64,000 nt of DNA from Selaginella moellendorffii (lineage: Eukaryota; Plantae; Lycopodiophyta): contig NW_003314261.1 of NCBI RefSeq assembly GCF_000143415.4, positions 5,172,360 through 5,236,359 of the forward strand, given 5' to 3'. The position numbers were made by a program, and so were the translations under genes. Below, in pieces: positions 39,781-53,439 of this stretch (the stretch's first letter is position 1; each line of letters begins with the position of its first letter). Below the pieces are notes generated by a model, which did no database searches, was not told where the DNA came from, and saw only the letters and a list, made by a program, of their open reading frames with translations.

Positions 39781-41117
39781 GCCAAGGTGTCATAGGCTAA
39801 AGGATCCCTGAAAGCATGACCAAAATGACAAAGAGTTCATCGGATAGGACCGAGTCGAAGATCGAGTCCAAAACTGACTCTGAGACCGAGTTCGAGATAG
39901 AGTCCAGGATCAAGTCCGAGGCCGAATCAGAGATCGAGTTCAAGACTGAGATCAAGACCGAGTTTGAGACAGAGTCCGAGATCCAAATCGGGTACAAGAC
40001 CGAGTCTGAGGTCGAGTCCGAAGTCGAGTCCAAGATCGGGTCTGAGATCGAGTCCGAAATCGAGTCCAAGACCGAATCCGAAGTCAGGTCCGAGATCGAG
40101 TCCAAGACTGAGTCTGAGTACTAATACAGGTCAAGGGGTGAAAGCCCAAAGCGTGCGTCTCCCAGGCGGGGGGGGGGGGGGGGGGGGGGGCTTCCGGGGG
40201 TTCCCAAAATTTAGTAGGGATAGGGGGGGCTAGGAACACATCTTGGAGGAACTCTTCAATGGTGCTTCCAAACTGACTTGAGGTTGAGACTGGGGCCGAG
40301 GGGCCTTGGGTGGGAGTGAGCATGGGCTTGGGTGGTGCTGGAGGGGCCACCCAGGGAAGTGCTCAAGAGCAGCTCCCACTCCGGTGTTTCACCCCAGCAT
40401 CCCGAAGCAAGTGTTGCACCCAAGACTTGGGATTTAAAGGGTCCCATGATCAAGTCTTGTGATACCAAGGGGTGTTAGGAACTTGGAGGCTTGGTGTGCT
40501 TGTCTGTTTGTGCCTGCGGGGAGTGTAGCCAAACTTTAAGTCCAGTCTAACCCGGGGAGGGGGATTGGGAGAGATTTGGGAATCCGTGGATGGATGGCTA
40601 GTGCTCCGTTGCTCGTGCAGTGAGTAGCTGAAACCAAGTAGGACCAAGTAGGAGCTGGTACCATAGGCGGGAACTTTGGCGAAGGAACTTAGCAAAAGTC
40701 AAGGCAGTGTTGGACGGATAGACGAGGTAAGTTGGCAAATTGGAAAGGAAAAATTTGTGGATTACACTTGGGTTATAATAGTACTGAGCTGGGTGACCTC
40801 CTGGGAAGTCCAAACTCAAGAGCTTACATTAGTTGTGAGACACAAATCCCTAAGCCCCAAAGTGGAGCCAAAAGAGTGCGACGTGATAGTGAACCAATAA
40901 ACGGAGAGAACCACCACAAGTGGTCAAATAAGTCTCTAAGTTGGAGAGACTATGCTCCTTAGAGGATGGACAAGGCATGGTGAGCCTTCGGTGTCAAACC
41001 ATAGACAAACTTTGGCTGGATGCCAAGGATGGAAATGGTAATACATGCAGGTGTTACTTCATAAAAAGGGCTTACCATTTGATGAGGACATCCAACTTCG
41101 TCTATGGGTGGTGGAGT

Positions 41118-42710
41118 TGTGAGACAAAATCCCTAGGCCCCAAAGTGGAGCCAAAAGGGCACCATGTGGTAGTGGCTGAAGCAAAAGCCAAATGAGCATA
41201 ACACGTTTGGACTAAAAGCTCTAACTTGAAAGGTCGAGAGCAGGAGTGGAACTCCCAATGAAATGCTCAAGGAACAAGCACAAAGCGGGCAATAAGTGAG
41301 TCTCTAGAAAAGGGACACAAGAGGACTAACACATGACACATGGAGGAGTCTGAGATACCCGAGATGGAGCCCGAGATGGAGCCCGAGATGGACTCGAGAT
41401 GGAGTTCGAGAAGGACCCGGGAGTGGAACACCCAATGAAATGCTCAAGGAACAAGCACAAAGCGAGCAATAAGTGAGTCTCTGGAAAAGGGACACAAGAG
41501 GACCAACACATGACACGTGGAGGAATCCGAGATGGACCCAAGATGGAGTTCGAGATGGAGTCCGAGATGGAGTCTGAGAAGGACCCAAGACGGAGTCCAA
41601 AGTCAAGACCGAGACTAGGACTAAGACTGGGACCGAGACCAAGGCTGAGGCCGAGACCAAGCCCAAGCCCGAGTCCGAGTCCGAGTCCGAGTTCAAGTTA
41701 GAGAGGGTGAAAGCCCAAAGCATTCGTTTCTCAGACCCTGGGGGATTTGGTGAGCTCCAAACGTATAGTAAGGGGAAGACTCCAGTGGAGCCAGTTTAGC
41801 TAAGAAAGGCCAGTTTGGCCAAGAAAGGCCAGTTTAGCCCAGGAAGGTTGTATCCAGGTGTTGGGTGATGGGATAACCACTGGGATGTCCAAGGCTAGAG
41901 TGAATACGGACTGTCAAGCGGGGTAACTTGGTGAAGTGTTCAAGAGCCGTCTTTAGTTCCCCCGGGAGATCGAATGGTCGATGCTCCCAGTCCAAGTGTG
42001 GGTGGCACTAACTACTTGGATACTTGGTGTGGCTCAATGGAACCTCGCTCTAAGCCCATGGCTAGAGCACCTAAAGGCAGAAGGTGGGGAGAGTACCCAC
42101 AAGGCTTGCGTAGGGCTACGGTGTTCCGAAATGTTGTCCTAAAGTCCCAAACTGGGGAAAGGAGGAGAAACAGTCCTCTAGTGTAGTGACTAAGGATATG
42201 GTCACATGGTGAGGAAATCCTAGAGGACAATAGGACTTAGTGGCTAGGCTTGCGGGCCTTGATCTAGTGGCAGTTTTGGTGAACATGGCTATGGACAGAA
42301 AAGGGACTTGGTAGGAACTGACAAAGGGATATTGGGGAAGGCTATTCCCCATGTCTGTGGACATCCTAAGGATGCTAAGGAGTGGATCTGGGATGACCAC
42401 TCGTGGACGGATGGTCCAGTCTTGGAGAGACGGGATTGTGATGCAAGTGGTATTGGACCACTAGTGTGGCAAAGGTGAATGGGCATAGCCTTAGCGTAAA
42501 AGGTTGATATGTCAGTGGTGTCGGTCATGGGACCAGACACATGGAGCACTTGGACCAAGTGCAACAGTTGAGTGGCATAGATGCCATTCTTGGGGCTAGC
42601 AAGTCCCCAAGTCTAGAATAGGACTTATAGAGGTTGTGAGTGAGACTCCTCCAAGTGGTCGGAGATGTGGTTAAGTGACTAAAGTAGAATGGAAAATTTA
42701 GTCATTTACA
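41118..42710 (+). mobile_element. Family C long LTR (3' LTR preceded by PPT), inverted relative to 43628-45172
   Basis: TGTGAGAC...TTTACA, preceded by ATGGGTGGTGGAGT, with internal hexamer arrays; reverse-complement similarity to 43628-45172. Confidence 0.8.
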
Positions 42711-45700
42711 ATTGCTTTCTTCTAGAAACACCTTTCCTATGACTTTAGTATGGCACTTTCTGCTATCAGTGAGATACACACTATTTTTATACTTGGATTT
42801 TTTTAGTCCTCCCTATCCCTTGTAAGGTATAACACACCTCAGTCCAAATGCTTCCACTAGTCCTCTAGGACCATTTCTTGACTCCACTCGAGTCATTCAG
42901 CTTTTTGGACTTTGTTAATTCAATGACCCGTAAGTTTCTAGCCTTTTGGCTATTTTGAGGTGCTAGTTCACTAAAATACATTTTTTTGTATTCATGTCCT
43001 ATTCACAAGGACCATTTTTATAAGTGTTATTCTAACACTTTATTATTTTCTGTTCCCTATAGATTATCTTTGCCCTTTAGTACTATTCATCCATATGATA
43101 AGAATACTGACTCATCCTCTAAATACACCCCTAATTCCTTGGGTTTGATCCAGCATTTATAAAGGTAGCCTTGGCTACCATTTCAAGGATTCGTGTCTTT
43201 ATCCGTATTTGACCTTTTATGGTCATTAATTTTGGTTTTAAATTCATGAGCACCAACTTCAACTATATGAGGGTAATTTTATGACTCTTTTATTGTTTTG
43301 GAGTCTTTATCTTTTCTATGATCCTAACTATAGTTGTTTACCACAACTACATTAGTTAGTTTGTTAAGTCAAATGCTTATTTGGATCACATCCTCAACTC
43401 TATGAGGAAAATCTTATACTATTCCCAAAGTCGTTCCCTTATAGACCCTTTTTTATCCACCACCTTACCTACAAGTTCACACATGGATTATAATGGAGAG
43501 CCATATCCTCCCGATGTGCCACTCCTCAAGGATAGGCCTACTTTTAGGACCTTTCAATGCCAACACAAGTGGTGATATACTTGAGCACCAATAAGAGTCA
43601 GATTAAGGAATAGCTTTAATACTAAATTGTAAATGACTAAATTTTTCCATTCTACTTCAATCACTTAACCACACCTCCGACCACTTGGAGGAGTCTCATT
43701 CACAACCTCCACAAGTCCCATTCTGGACTTGGGGCTTGCTAGCCCTGAGAATGGCATCCTTGCCACTTAACCTTTGCACTTGGTCAAAGTGTTCTATGTG
43801 TCCTATCTCATGACCGACACCCAAAGGTATCACCGATATATCAGCCTGTTCACTTTTGTCACACTAGTGATCCAACACCACCTATATCAAAGTGCTATCT
43901 CTCAAAGATTGGGCTATTCATCCATGAGTGATCATCCCAAACCCACTCCTTAACATCTTTAGGATGCCCGTAAATATGGGGAACAACCTTCCCCAATATC
44001 TCTTTTTCAGTCCCCACTAAGTCCTTTTTTGTCCATGGTTGTGTTTGCCAACATTGCCATTTGGTCAAGGCCCATAGGCTAGACCACTAAGTCCCACTGT
44101 CCTCTGGGATTTCCTCACCATGTGACCAAATCCTTGGTCACTACACTAAAGAATTGCTCCTCTTTCTTTCTATGGTCTGAAACTTTGGGACAACATTTCG
44201 GAACACTGCAACCCTACACAAGCCTCATGAGTACTCTCTCCACCTTCCGCATTTAGGTGCTCTAGCTATAGGGCTAGAGCAAGGTTCCATTGAGCCACGC
44301 TAGGTATCTAAGAAGGTAGTGCCACCCATGCTTGGGCAAGGAGCATCGACCATTCGATCTTCCGAGGGAGCTAAAGCCAACTCTTGAACACTTCATTAAG
44401 CTACCCCATTTATATATCCATATTCACTCTAGCTTTGGACTACTTAGTAGAATTATCACCCAACATGTGGGTATAGCCTTCCTAGGTCACATTGGCCTTT
44501 CTTGGCTAAATTGGCTCCATTGGGGTTCAACCCCCACACTCTCCCTACTATACTTTTGGAACCCCTTGTAGCCCTCTTCCTCCTTGGGGGATTATCGCTT
44601 TGGGCTTTCAACCAACAACCTGTATTAATATTTGGACTCGAACTTAGACTCAAACTCGATCTTGGTCTTGGACTCAGTCTCGGTCTCAGTCTCGGTCTTA
44701 GTCTTGGTTCCATCTTGGACTCCATCTCAGACTCCATCTTGGGTCCATTTCGGACTCCATCTTGGGTCCATCTCGAATTCCATCTCGAGTCCATCTCAGA
44801 CTCCATCTAAGGTCCATCTTGGACTCCATTTTGGATCCATTTTGGACTCCATCTCGAACTCTATCTCAGGTCCATCTTAGACTCCATCTCAGGTCCATTT
44901 CGGACTCCATCTTGGACTCCATCTCGGGTCCATCTCAACACTTCCACGTGTCATGTGTTGGTCCTCTTATGTCCCTTTTCTAAAGACTCACTTACTATTT
45001 ATTTCATGCTCATTCCTTGAGCACTTCGTTGGGAGTTTCACTCCCACTCTCGACTGTCCAAGTTGGAGCTTTTAGTTCTTAATGTATTACTTTCATTTGA
45101 CTTTCGCTTCAACCACTACCATGTAGCACCCTTTTGGCTCCACTTTTGGGGCTTTGGGATTTGTGTCTCACATCTTGAGTTGGCTATAGGGGGCTGGGTA
45201 GTTTTTGAGTTGAGCTTAAGTCAAAGGAAGTCAATACAATCCCCTAACTAGCTAAAGTTTAATGGTACTATCTAAGGTATTCTATAAGCTTATATAAATT
45301 ATTGGTTTGACACTAGCTAATCTTTTAGTCTACAAAGAAAGAAAATAATCTATTAAATAATATAATTAATATTAAAATCAGAATGTATTAGTTTTCTTCT
45401 ACTTCTATGTCTAGAAAAGCAAAAATGGGTATAGTGGAATGCTCCTTCACCATAGGCTCATATTGCATGTAATGTTGTGTTCAACATGAATGGATAAGTG
45501 GAATTGACTTCAGTCCATATGATCATCCATATCATTAGGACCAAGTGTGTGGACTAAAACACCTTGTGTGACAAGTGTGGACCTAATGATATAGAAATAT
45601 TTGAGAATAAATATTATAGATTACTTCAAACACTAACATCACCTGTTGCAAAATCTCCCAAGAATATCCCCAAAGGCATTATCGCAAATGTGACTTCAGG

Positions 45701-46697
45701 TATTGAAAGTTACCAGTCCTTTTGGATATTCTTTCCTTATTGCTATGACGGTAGGAGGTCGGTATTGTTGGACCCTTCATTAATCTCTTTTGTACTAGTG
45801 GAGTTAACTGGGCATTTTGAGTGTACTTAAATCAAACGAGCATAAGGACAGAATTTCTACGTGTTATTAGCTAAACATACTTAGCTTGGTAAGGAATTTC
45901 CATTTCATTATGTCTTGCATTGGCTAGTGACAAAAACCCTCGCGTATTGAGACTAGTCCCTCAATATCACTAGATAGTAGCTTATTGTGTTTGCTAAACA
46001 CCCTCGCTATCATGCCTTTTGTGTTAGTTTCATTCTGGTCCCAAATGCTATTTATAAAAAGTGTTTAAATTTGCTTATTTAAGCTCTATTTCGTTAAAGT
46101 GGGATTTATTCAGTAAAATGGGACTAGGTACAAATTTTCAAGTATTTGAAAATGACGTGAAATTATATGTTTTTTGTCCAGGGGCTAGACATATCTGGGG
46201 CATGGTGACTAGCGCGGTGACTTTGTGTCCAGACTGAGTCCATCTGGTTGTATAATAAATCTCATTGTCAAGGTGAACAAGCCGAATCTGAAGCTAAAGA
46301 AGAGCGATGGCATGCGCGCACACACTATTTGTTTGTTCATTGAGCGTGTGGTGAGCTTTCCAAGATGAACGTCATTCCTATTAGCCAGACATATAACTTA
46401 ATGGTGAGAACATTTAGATATTATTCAATGTTATCTTTTTCTAACGAATCTAATTGTGAAGGTGTAGCAAGAGGCATTGCTAGTCTGGAGAAGTCATTTA
46501 ACTCATTTGACCCTTAGTGTATTTTCATGAAACTAAATAACATTCATATTATTAAGGAATTTCTCTAGTACCTTTTTTTTACGACATAGAGGCTTGCATT
46601 TCTTTCAAAGGTGATTTAGTAAAAGGCCTGAGGGCACATGCCATTCTATTTCTTAGACCAGTATTAAGATATACTAGTGCAAAGGGCCACATGCCAT

Positions 46698-49600
46698 CAC
46701 GCCTCCTCTGATTCAGATTCGGATTGTTCACCTTGAAATAAAATACATTAGAAACTTAGTAAAGGAATATTAAATCTCACCTTGAACCCGGGTTATGAAT
46801 GCTCTTGCTGCATCTCTTGCATGGTCTGGCAAGGTGATGGTGGCACTCTACTTCCGCATCCAACCATGCACAACATTATCCACCGATATGCTCATGCTGG
46901 GATCCCTTGGATTCAGCACCCATCTCTTTTCTAGGCAATCCTTCATATATCCGGAACTTGGCTTGAACCACTCCACAGTTACATTGAAGGAGTTAGTTTC
47001 CGCGTCCTCCTCTGCATCAGTGATGCAGCGCCCCACCCATATCATTTGTTTTTTATTACTGGGTCTGACAAGCACGACCATTCCTTTGCAGACTTGTACT
47101 GGATTGAATGCTGAATCCGGCTTCTTGTTCCTCGGCCCACAATAGTGATCCTCAACATCGTTATCTGTCACTGCATTTCCAGAGGACATTGTTCCGCTAC
47201 TATCTGGTGCTCTGGGTTCTGGCCAAAAGGACTCTTCCAATTCTTCATATACAACCGGCCCATTTTGGATAGCAGATATAATCTTCTCCCAGTATTCGAG
47301 CAAAGGCTTGCACCTCTTAAAATAGGATTCTCCACCAAACACCAACCCCTTCTTCCAGAAGGCAATATGCTGTCTAATCCCGGCCACTATACTTTCCTGG
47401 TCTTTGAGTCCATCCGGGTGCATCGGCCGTGGGGAACCCTGAGGAATCATAGGTTCCCCAGTTATGGGATCTCTCTTGAAGAGTTCAATGCCGTCCACTA
47501 GCAGCCACACTGTGTCCCATTCTCTCATCTTGTACCTCATCACTAGAGCACCGTCACGCATGCTGAAATGAAACTGAAGAGGCTTGGAGTGGCCAATCAG
47601 CGTTTCGGATCCGTCCCTGATGTAGCCTCTTACAAACCCCTTAAAGTCTGGAACCTCTGTCACAAGTGCAGCTTCAACAGTGCCTTTGATGCAATTTTGG
47701 AATTCATCGTAGAGTTGTGGGAGGGTGAGGACATTGGATCGCCGGAGGGACTCTGCCAGGTGACTGAACATGGCATCGACGTCTTCATGAGTGTGCCCAA
47801 CCATGAGAAAGCCAAGTGTAACCGTTTCAAATATGCCTTTGGCAACAAGCATCGCCAAGTACGCGAAGACGTACATGTTTTTGTTCTCACTGCCAGCATT
47901 GTCTGTTTGGAGCAGAAGATGGGGTGGAAGGCCACATCGGCCGCAAGAACTTCCTTGAGATTCTGCTTCGTTTGGATGAGGCTGTGCATTCACCGGGCGA
48001 CCAGCCTCGTCGGAATGGCATGAGGCCTCACGTGATAACCCTACAATCTGACGGCAAACATATTCACTGGGATGGCATGGGGCCCCACGCGATACTGCAA
48101 GCCTTTGCTCCTCCTCCAGCTGAACCCTGTATGGGGTTCGATCGACAAGGGCTTTATGCAAGGGTTGGCCGTTCAGCTCAGTCTGCACACTTTGCAGAGA
48201 CCTTAAGTGTTTTGCTAGGGACGCAATCATCATGTTTGCACCCCCGCCACCCCATAGAGGTACAAAGAAGTTCCCATAGTTCTGGGCACCATGCCCATGA
48301 GCGATTATGCCAAACAGAGACACAGGCAGCTGCATGGATGAAGAGATTGCCTTGGGGGCAGGATTGAGTCGAGGTAAGCACGTCTTTTTCTGGTCCATTT
48401 TGTCGTGGATGATGCAGAGGTAAGAGTCAGGTCTCTCCATGGAGAGAATCCTGTTATGATAATATGCAGTCCTGCAGCTTCTCTGCTCGATGTTGTGGTC
48501 GAGCCGCCTTCTAACCAACGTCTCTCGCTCTTGAGCGCTGCAAGAATTCTTCGACAAAGCCATTTTGATAGCAGTGCACTCGTCACACTTTGAAAAGCTG
48601 GAGTACTTTCCTATACTCACATCCCTGAACCTGTTGCTCCACAATCTACTAAATCTAGATTGGCTCAGCTTCCTGTAGCCATTACTCTGGAGTTCCCGAT
48701 TCACATCTTCCAATATGGCCCCCTTGGTATACATGGAAGGGAGAACTCGTTGGGTGTCTCGTGTTCCATCTTCCAAGAGGCGGGTTTTATGTGGTTGCTA
48801 CTCGCTACATGTCTCGACAAACCTCTTGAAGATTGCCTCTCCATATACAACATGACCCCTGGTTTTGTGCGTACCGTCGTTCCCATGGACTGCCTGTTGA
48901 ACCCTTTGTTCCTCGAACTCAGTTTTGATTCTGTAGAATGTGGTTCGAGGGACTCCATAAATGATTCTCCATGCCTTCATGCAGACCAAACCCCTCTGGA
49001 AGACCATGCCCCCCACCTGATGTTCTGAAGCATCAACAGATGACCGTAATGCCTCATACACAAAATTGCGAGCTGCCTTCCAGGACAATGTCTTGTATCT
49101 TGCTCTCTCCTCTTCAATAGCATCCCAATCAGCATGTTGACAGCACCTCCTCTTGCAACAAGCAACTGTCGAGACCATTCGAACCTCCATCGCCATTTTC
49201 TGCCTTTTCGGTTCGTTGCTCAGATCCCTTTGGCTGCGCTGTAGGAAGGTGTACTTTCTTTTCCCATGAAGAGATGTTCTGTCATCAGTTGTTGTGGTGT
49301 TTGATTGTGAATCCTTCACATTCTCAAACACTAAATGCCTCAATTTCCACCGCACAATGCTTCCAATAGTCAGACTGTTTTCTTCTGTGTCAACAACCTC
49401 TAAAATTGCAACTCCAATATCATCCCAGCCCAATTCTTGATTAGCAACCGCATCTCTTGGATCGACAACTGTGGCTAAGCCCTCAGCTACCACCTCCCCC
49501 TCGGGGTTGTTTAGAAACACCTTTGCCTGAATCCATGTAGCACGGTTCTTAAGATCCACGGAGGGAACATGCGTCGCACTTGCGCTGTCCCCAACATCTG

Positions 49601-49835
49601 CTTTCTTCTGCAGATTTTTCAAGGCAACAACAACATTTACCCCGACGACCATCTCTCCTCGTTCAATAGCGACCACATTCCCATCGAAGACAGTCTCTAC
49701 TGATACAACAGCATTGCCTTCCCCAAGCCTTTGACAGTGTATAACAAAGTTCCGATCCATAGACACAAGGGTCCCTTTTGCAACTCTCTTCCCACCATTC
49801 AAAATGTAAACCTTTTCCCCAACCCTGAAGGCCAT
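46698..49835 (-). pseudogene. Sola-like (DUF7869-type) DDD transposase of about 1000 aa with two in-frame TAG stops
   Basis: ORFs 48798-49835 and 46848-48776 are in one frame separated by a single TAG. Motifs FSKCDEC, IIHDKMDQKK, LQTDNAGSENKN, FLMVGHTHEDVDAMFS. The frame continues past the TAG at 46848 to an intron and a short last exon. Confidence 0.8.
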
Positions 49836-49978
49836 TCTGAAAGTGCAGAAAAGAAGTTAAGACCATACAAAAAATGATTGGAGAATGGCCTAAATCATAA
49901 CATACCAAATAGCATAAGGCCACATGCCATTATTCAAACATGCTATTGACACCCACGTGAAATTTCGCATTCACAAAA

Positions 49979-50206
49979 TTGGCATGAGCCCTCATGCCAT
50001 TAGTGGTACCACTAATGGCATGAGGCCTCACGCTATCTTTGGCCCCTGCTAACCTGTTGCTATATTCCTTTTGCCTTGTTGCAACTGTATATATTTTTGT
50101 GTGCGTGACTAGTCACCCATACAAAAATATATACAGTTGCAGCAAGGCAAAAGGAATATGGCAATAGGCTAGTAGGGGCCAAAGATGGCATGAGGCCTCA
50201 TGCCAT
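49979..50206. repeat. Overlapping long inverted repeats upstream of the transposase
   Basis: About 96-bp arms centred on GTGACT|AGTCAC (50110/50111) and about 29-bp arms centred on GGTACC (50005-50010), capped by the 22-bp palindromes. Confidence 0.9.
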
Positions 50207-50828
50207 CTTGATATACACACAGCTGCAGGCAAGTAAAAACATACATGACAATACGCTAGCCATGAAATTGCAAGGGCCCAAGATGGCATGTGGCCTCATG
50301 CCATTTCTAAATGTGGTCCTAAACCATTCCATGGTGAACATACCAGGAAGCACAAGTGCCGAATATCAAGAGGAAGCGGTAGCCACACCAAAGACAGTGC
50401 TGCTCGCAACACCGCAACTACTCGTAGCGCCGCTCGCAACACCGCAACTGCTCGTAGCGCCACTCGCACAAACTGCCACTCGCATAAACTGCCGCTCGCA
50501 ATGCCGCAACCGCTTGTAGACGCATAAACCACAGCTCACAACGCCGCTTACACAAGCAGCGCTCACTGCGCTCAGCGGAACCAAGAACACGGCGCACAAA
50601 AATGATAGACCTAGGAATGAGTTCGAGAATTCAAAAATAACACACGCTTGAACGTCACATCAAATCCTCTGACAAACCAGATCTTATGATTCCTCTGACA
50701 AATTTCAAACTGAGTAGCTTCTAGACTTTGCTGTCGGAGGTTGAACTTTGTCACATCATGTCCTTGCCTCGATTCAGCTGTGCCATGTCAGTGATTCGAA
50801 CTTTGCCATGCCATGTCAGCGATCCGCG

Positions 50829-52668
50829 CCAAGATTATTCGCCGTGTAAAGGAATAATTATGCTGTGTGTGTACGTCCATTTATGGCAATATAAGGCCAC
50901 ATGCCATTCAAAGAATAATGCTAGTCGAGCATCTTTTGGTGCATTTTTGGGTTCAAAATTGCATGAGCCCACACGCTATAAAGTTTGCCTGTACCAAAAA
51001 TAGAAATAGCTTTATTTACTTGGGAATTTATATGGCTGAGGCATTTTTAAACTTACAAACACATGCCCTACTTACATTCCTTTGGTTGCTTAAAATTCAA
51101 AAATATTATAAACCTTTCTTTTTGCATTTTCAATGTTTTCAATTATGGTTTTTGATTTTCGCAGGACCAGCCTAGTAATCTATTTGCATCCCGTCATGTT
51201 TATAGCTAGCTTTCGTTTGTCCCCTTCGCTAGCCTGAGATACATCTGCTCGGCATCTGCCTCTTACAGCATTTGCCCAGAAAGGGCATCTTTCTTCACGC
51301 AGCATTTGCCACATGTTTAGGGTTAGGGTTTAGGGTTTAGGGTTTAGCAATTCAGTAGCTTGATAAACATGCAAATACAGAACTTGATGCAAAATCCTTT
51401 GATATGTCACAATGCCCCTAGGACCATAAACACATTTCAATAGAGAGGGTCCTTTCATTTCATAACTCCTTACGTAGATCTTGGTGAAACCAGAGTTAGT
51501 GAAGTTGGTTTCTTGTGATCCCGCATCTGATTGTGATGTCCCTTTGCAGTGTCGATGGAAAGGTCAATGCACACCAAACTGTAGAATCTTGGAGCAAAAT
51601 AACGGTCGGATCTATGGCAAATGCCCCTGAAACATTGTAAGGCTCGTGTGGTCTCATGTGGTGTCCGATCGAGATGCTTCTTTGCAGGGTCATCAAGAAG
51701 GACATTGTATACCATTCTGTAAAATCTAGTTGTGATCTAACAGTTGGATCTCCAGGAAACTCAAAACAATCTCGCACGTGTCAGAATATTCTAGGAATAT
51801 ACTCCTATGTGCTCCAAGATTATTCGCCGTGTAAAGGAATAATTATGCTGTGTCATTTATGGCAATATAAGGCCACACGCCATTCAAAGAATAATGCTAG
51901 TCGAGCATTTTTTGGTGCATTTTTGGGTTCAAAATTGCATGAGCCCACACGCTATAAAGTTTACCTGTACCAAAAATAGAAACAGCTTTATTTACTTGGG
52001 AATTTAAGTGGTTGAGGCATTTTTAAACTTACAAACACATGCCCTACTTACATTCCTTTGGTTGCTAGCTTTCGTTTGTCTCCTTCACTAGCCTGAGATA
52101 CATCTGCTCGGCATCTGCCTCTTACAGCATTTGCCCAGAAAGGGCATCTTTCTTCACGCAGCATTTGCCACATGTTTAGGGTTTAGGGTTTAGGGTTTAG
52201 CAATTCAGTAGCTTGATAAACATGCAAATACAGAACTTGATGCAAAATCCTTGGATATGTCACAATGCCCCTAGGACCATAAACACATTTCAATAGAGAG
52301 GGTCCTTTCATTTCATAACTCCTTACGTAGATCTTGGTGAAACCAGAGTTAGTGAAGTTGGTTTCTTGTGATCCCGCATCTGATTGTGATGTCCCTTTGC
52401 AGTGTCGATGGAAAGGTCAATGCACACCAAACTGTAGAATCTTGGAGCAAAATAACGGTCGGATCTATGGCAAATGCCCCTGAAACATTGTAAGGCTCGT
52501 GTGGTCTTATGTGGTGTCCGATCGAGATGCTTCTTTGCAGGGTCATCAAGAAGGACATTGTATACCATTCTGTAAAATCTAGTTGCGATCTAACGGTTGG
52601 ATCTCCAGGAAACTCAAAACAATCTCGCGCGTGTCAGAATATTCTAGGAATATACTCCTATGTGCTCC
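50829..52668. repeat. About 0.9-kb tandem duplication, each unit containing (TTTAGGG)3-4
   Basis: Units start CCAAGATTATTCGCCGTG at 50829 and 51814; telomere-type tracts at 51316-51347 and 52175-52200. Confidence 0.9.
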
Positions 52669-53439
52669 TGAAAATGGCATGCGGCCCCACGCCATTCAAG
52701 AGATAACGCCAGATGACGCCGAGCATTTTTTGGTGCATTTTTTGGGATCAAAATTGCATGAGCCCACATGCTTGAACGTCACATCAAATCCTCTGACAAT
52801 TTATTTAGCTGAACATCTGGCATTTTTGGAAATACAAGATGCTTTGGAATATCCAATCATGCATGGTATAAATATAGCGAGGGTATTAAATGATATCCCA
52901 ATCATGATCTTTCTTTTGGATTTCGCGTGCATGCAGTCCGAGGAATGATGACGTTGCGGATTTCTTTTGGATTTCACACATGCACGCGCCGATCCAGAAA
53001 TTAATGGTGGCGCCCAAGTCCGAGAAATGATGACGTGGCGGGATTACCAACCGTCGTGACATTTCGCGCGTGTGAGGTTAGGTTTTGCATTTTGCTTCGT
53101 ACTCGCGCTCGCATCGCGCTCCCACTCGCGCTCGCATCGCGCTCCCACTTCTCTACAGGTTTCTCGTGTGCATCGGCGTCCACTCGCGCTTGCATCACAC
53201 TCGCGCTCGCATCGCGCTCATGTGCATCGGCGTCCACTTCAAGACACACCCAGTTTGTAACTTCGCCGCCAACTCCGCCGCCCACTCCGCCACCCACACG
53301 CAGCCCACTTGGCGTCCCGGGAGATTTCAGCGCCACTCTCCAACTGTAAGTGGCAGAGTAGCCTTGCTGCTACGATCCGCTGCACACACAGTGCACATTC
53401 GCCAGCGAGTCCGGTTGTCACGCCTCCATTCGGCTTCAA

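Larger units (their letters stand above)
31610..45172 (-). mobile_element. Old, heavily mutated LTR retrotransposon (family C, about 1.55-kb LTR) carrying nested insertions; boundaries inferred
   Basis: 5' LTR 45172-43628 followed by degenerate PBS TAGTATTAAAGC; AT-rich decayed interior (43610-42715, 35790-31760); PPT and start of 3' LTR at 31756 running into the gap. Confidence 0.55.

Noticed and set aside
38180-40124. ESEIES-repeat ORFs (also 7600-7760, 41510-41700, 44456-44980, 63218-63446) as proteins
   Set aside because: Open frames arise from hexamer repeats within TE sequence and are not maintained among copies.
51316-51347. Chromosome end or healed telomere
   Set aside because: Only 3-4 units, internal to the transposon and duplicated with their flanks.
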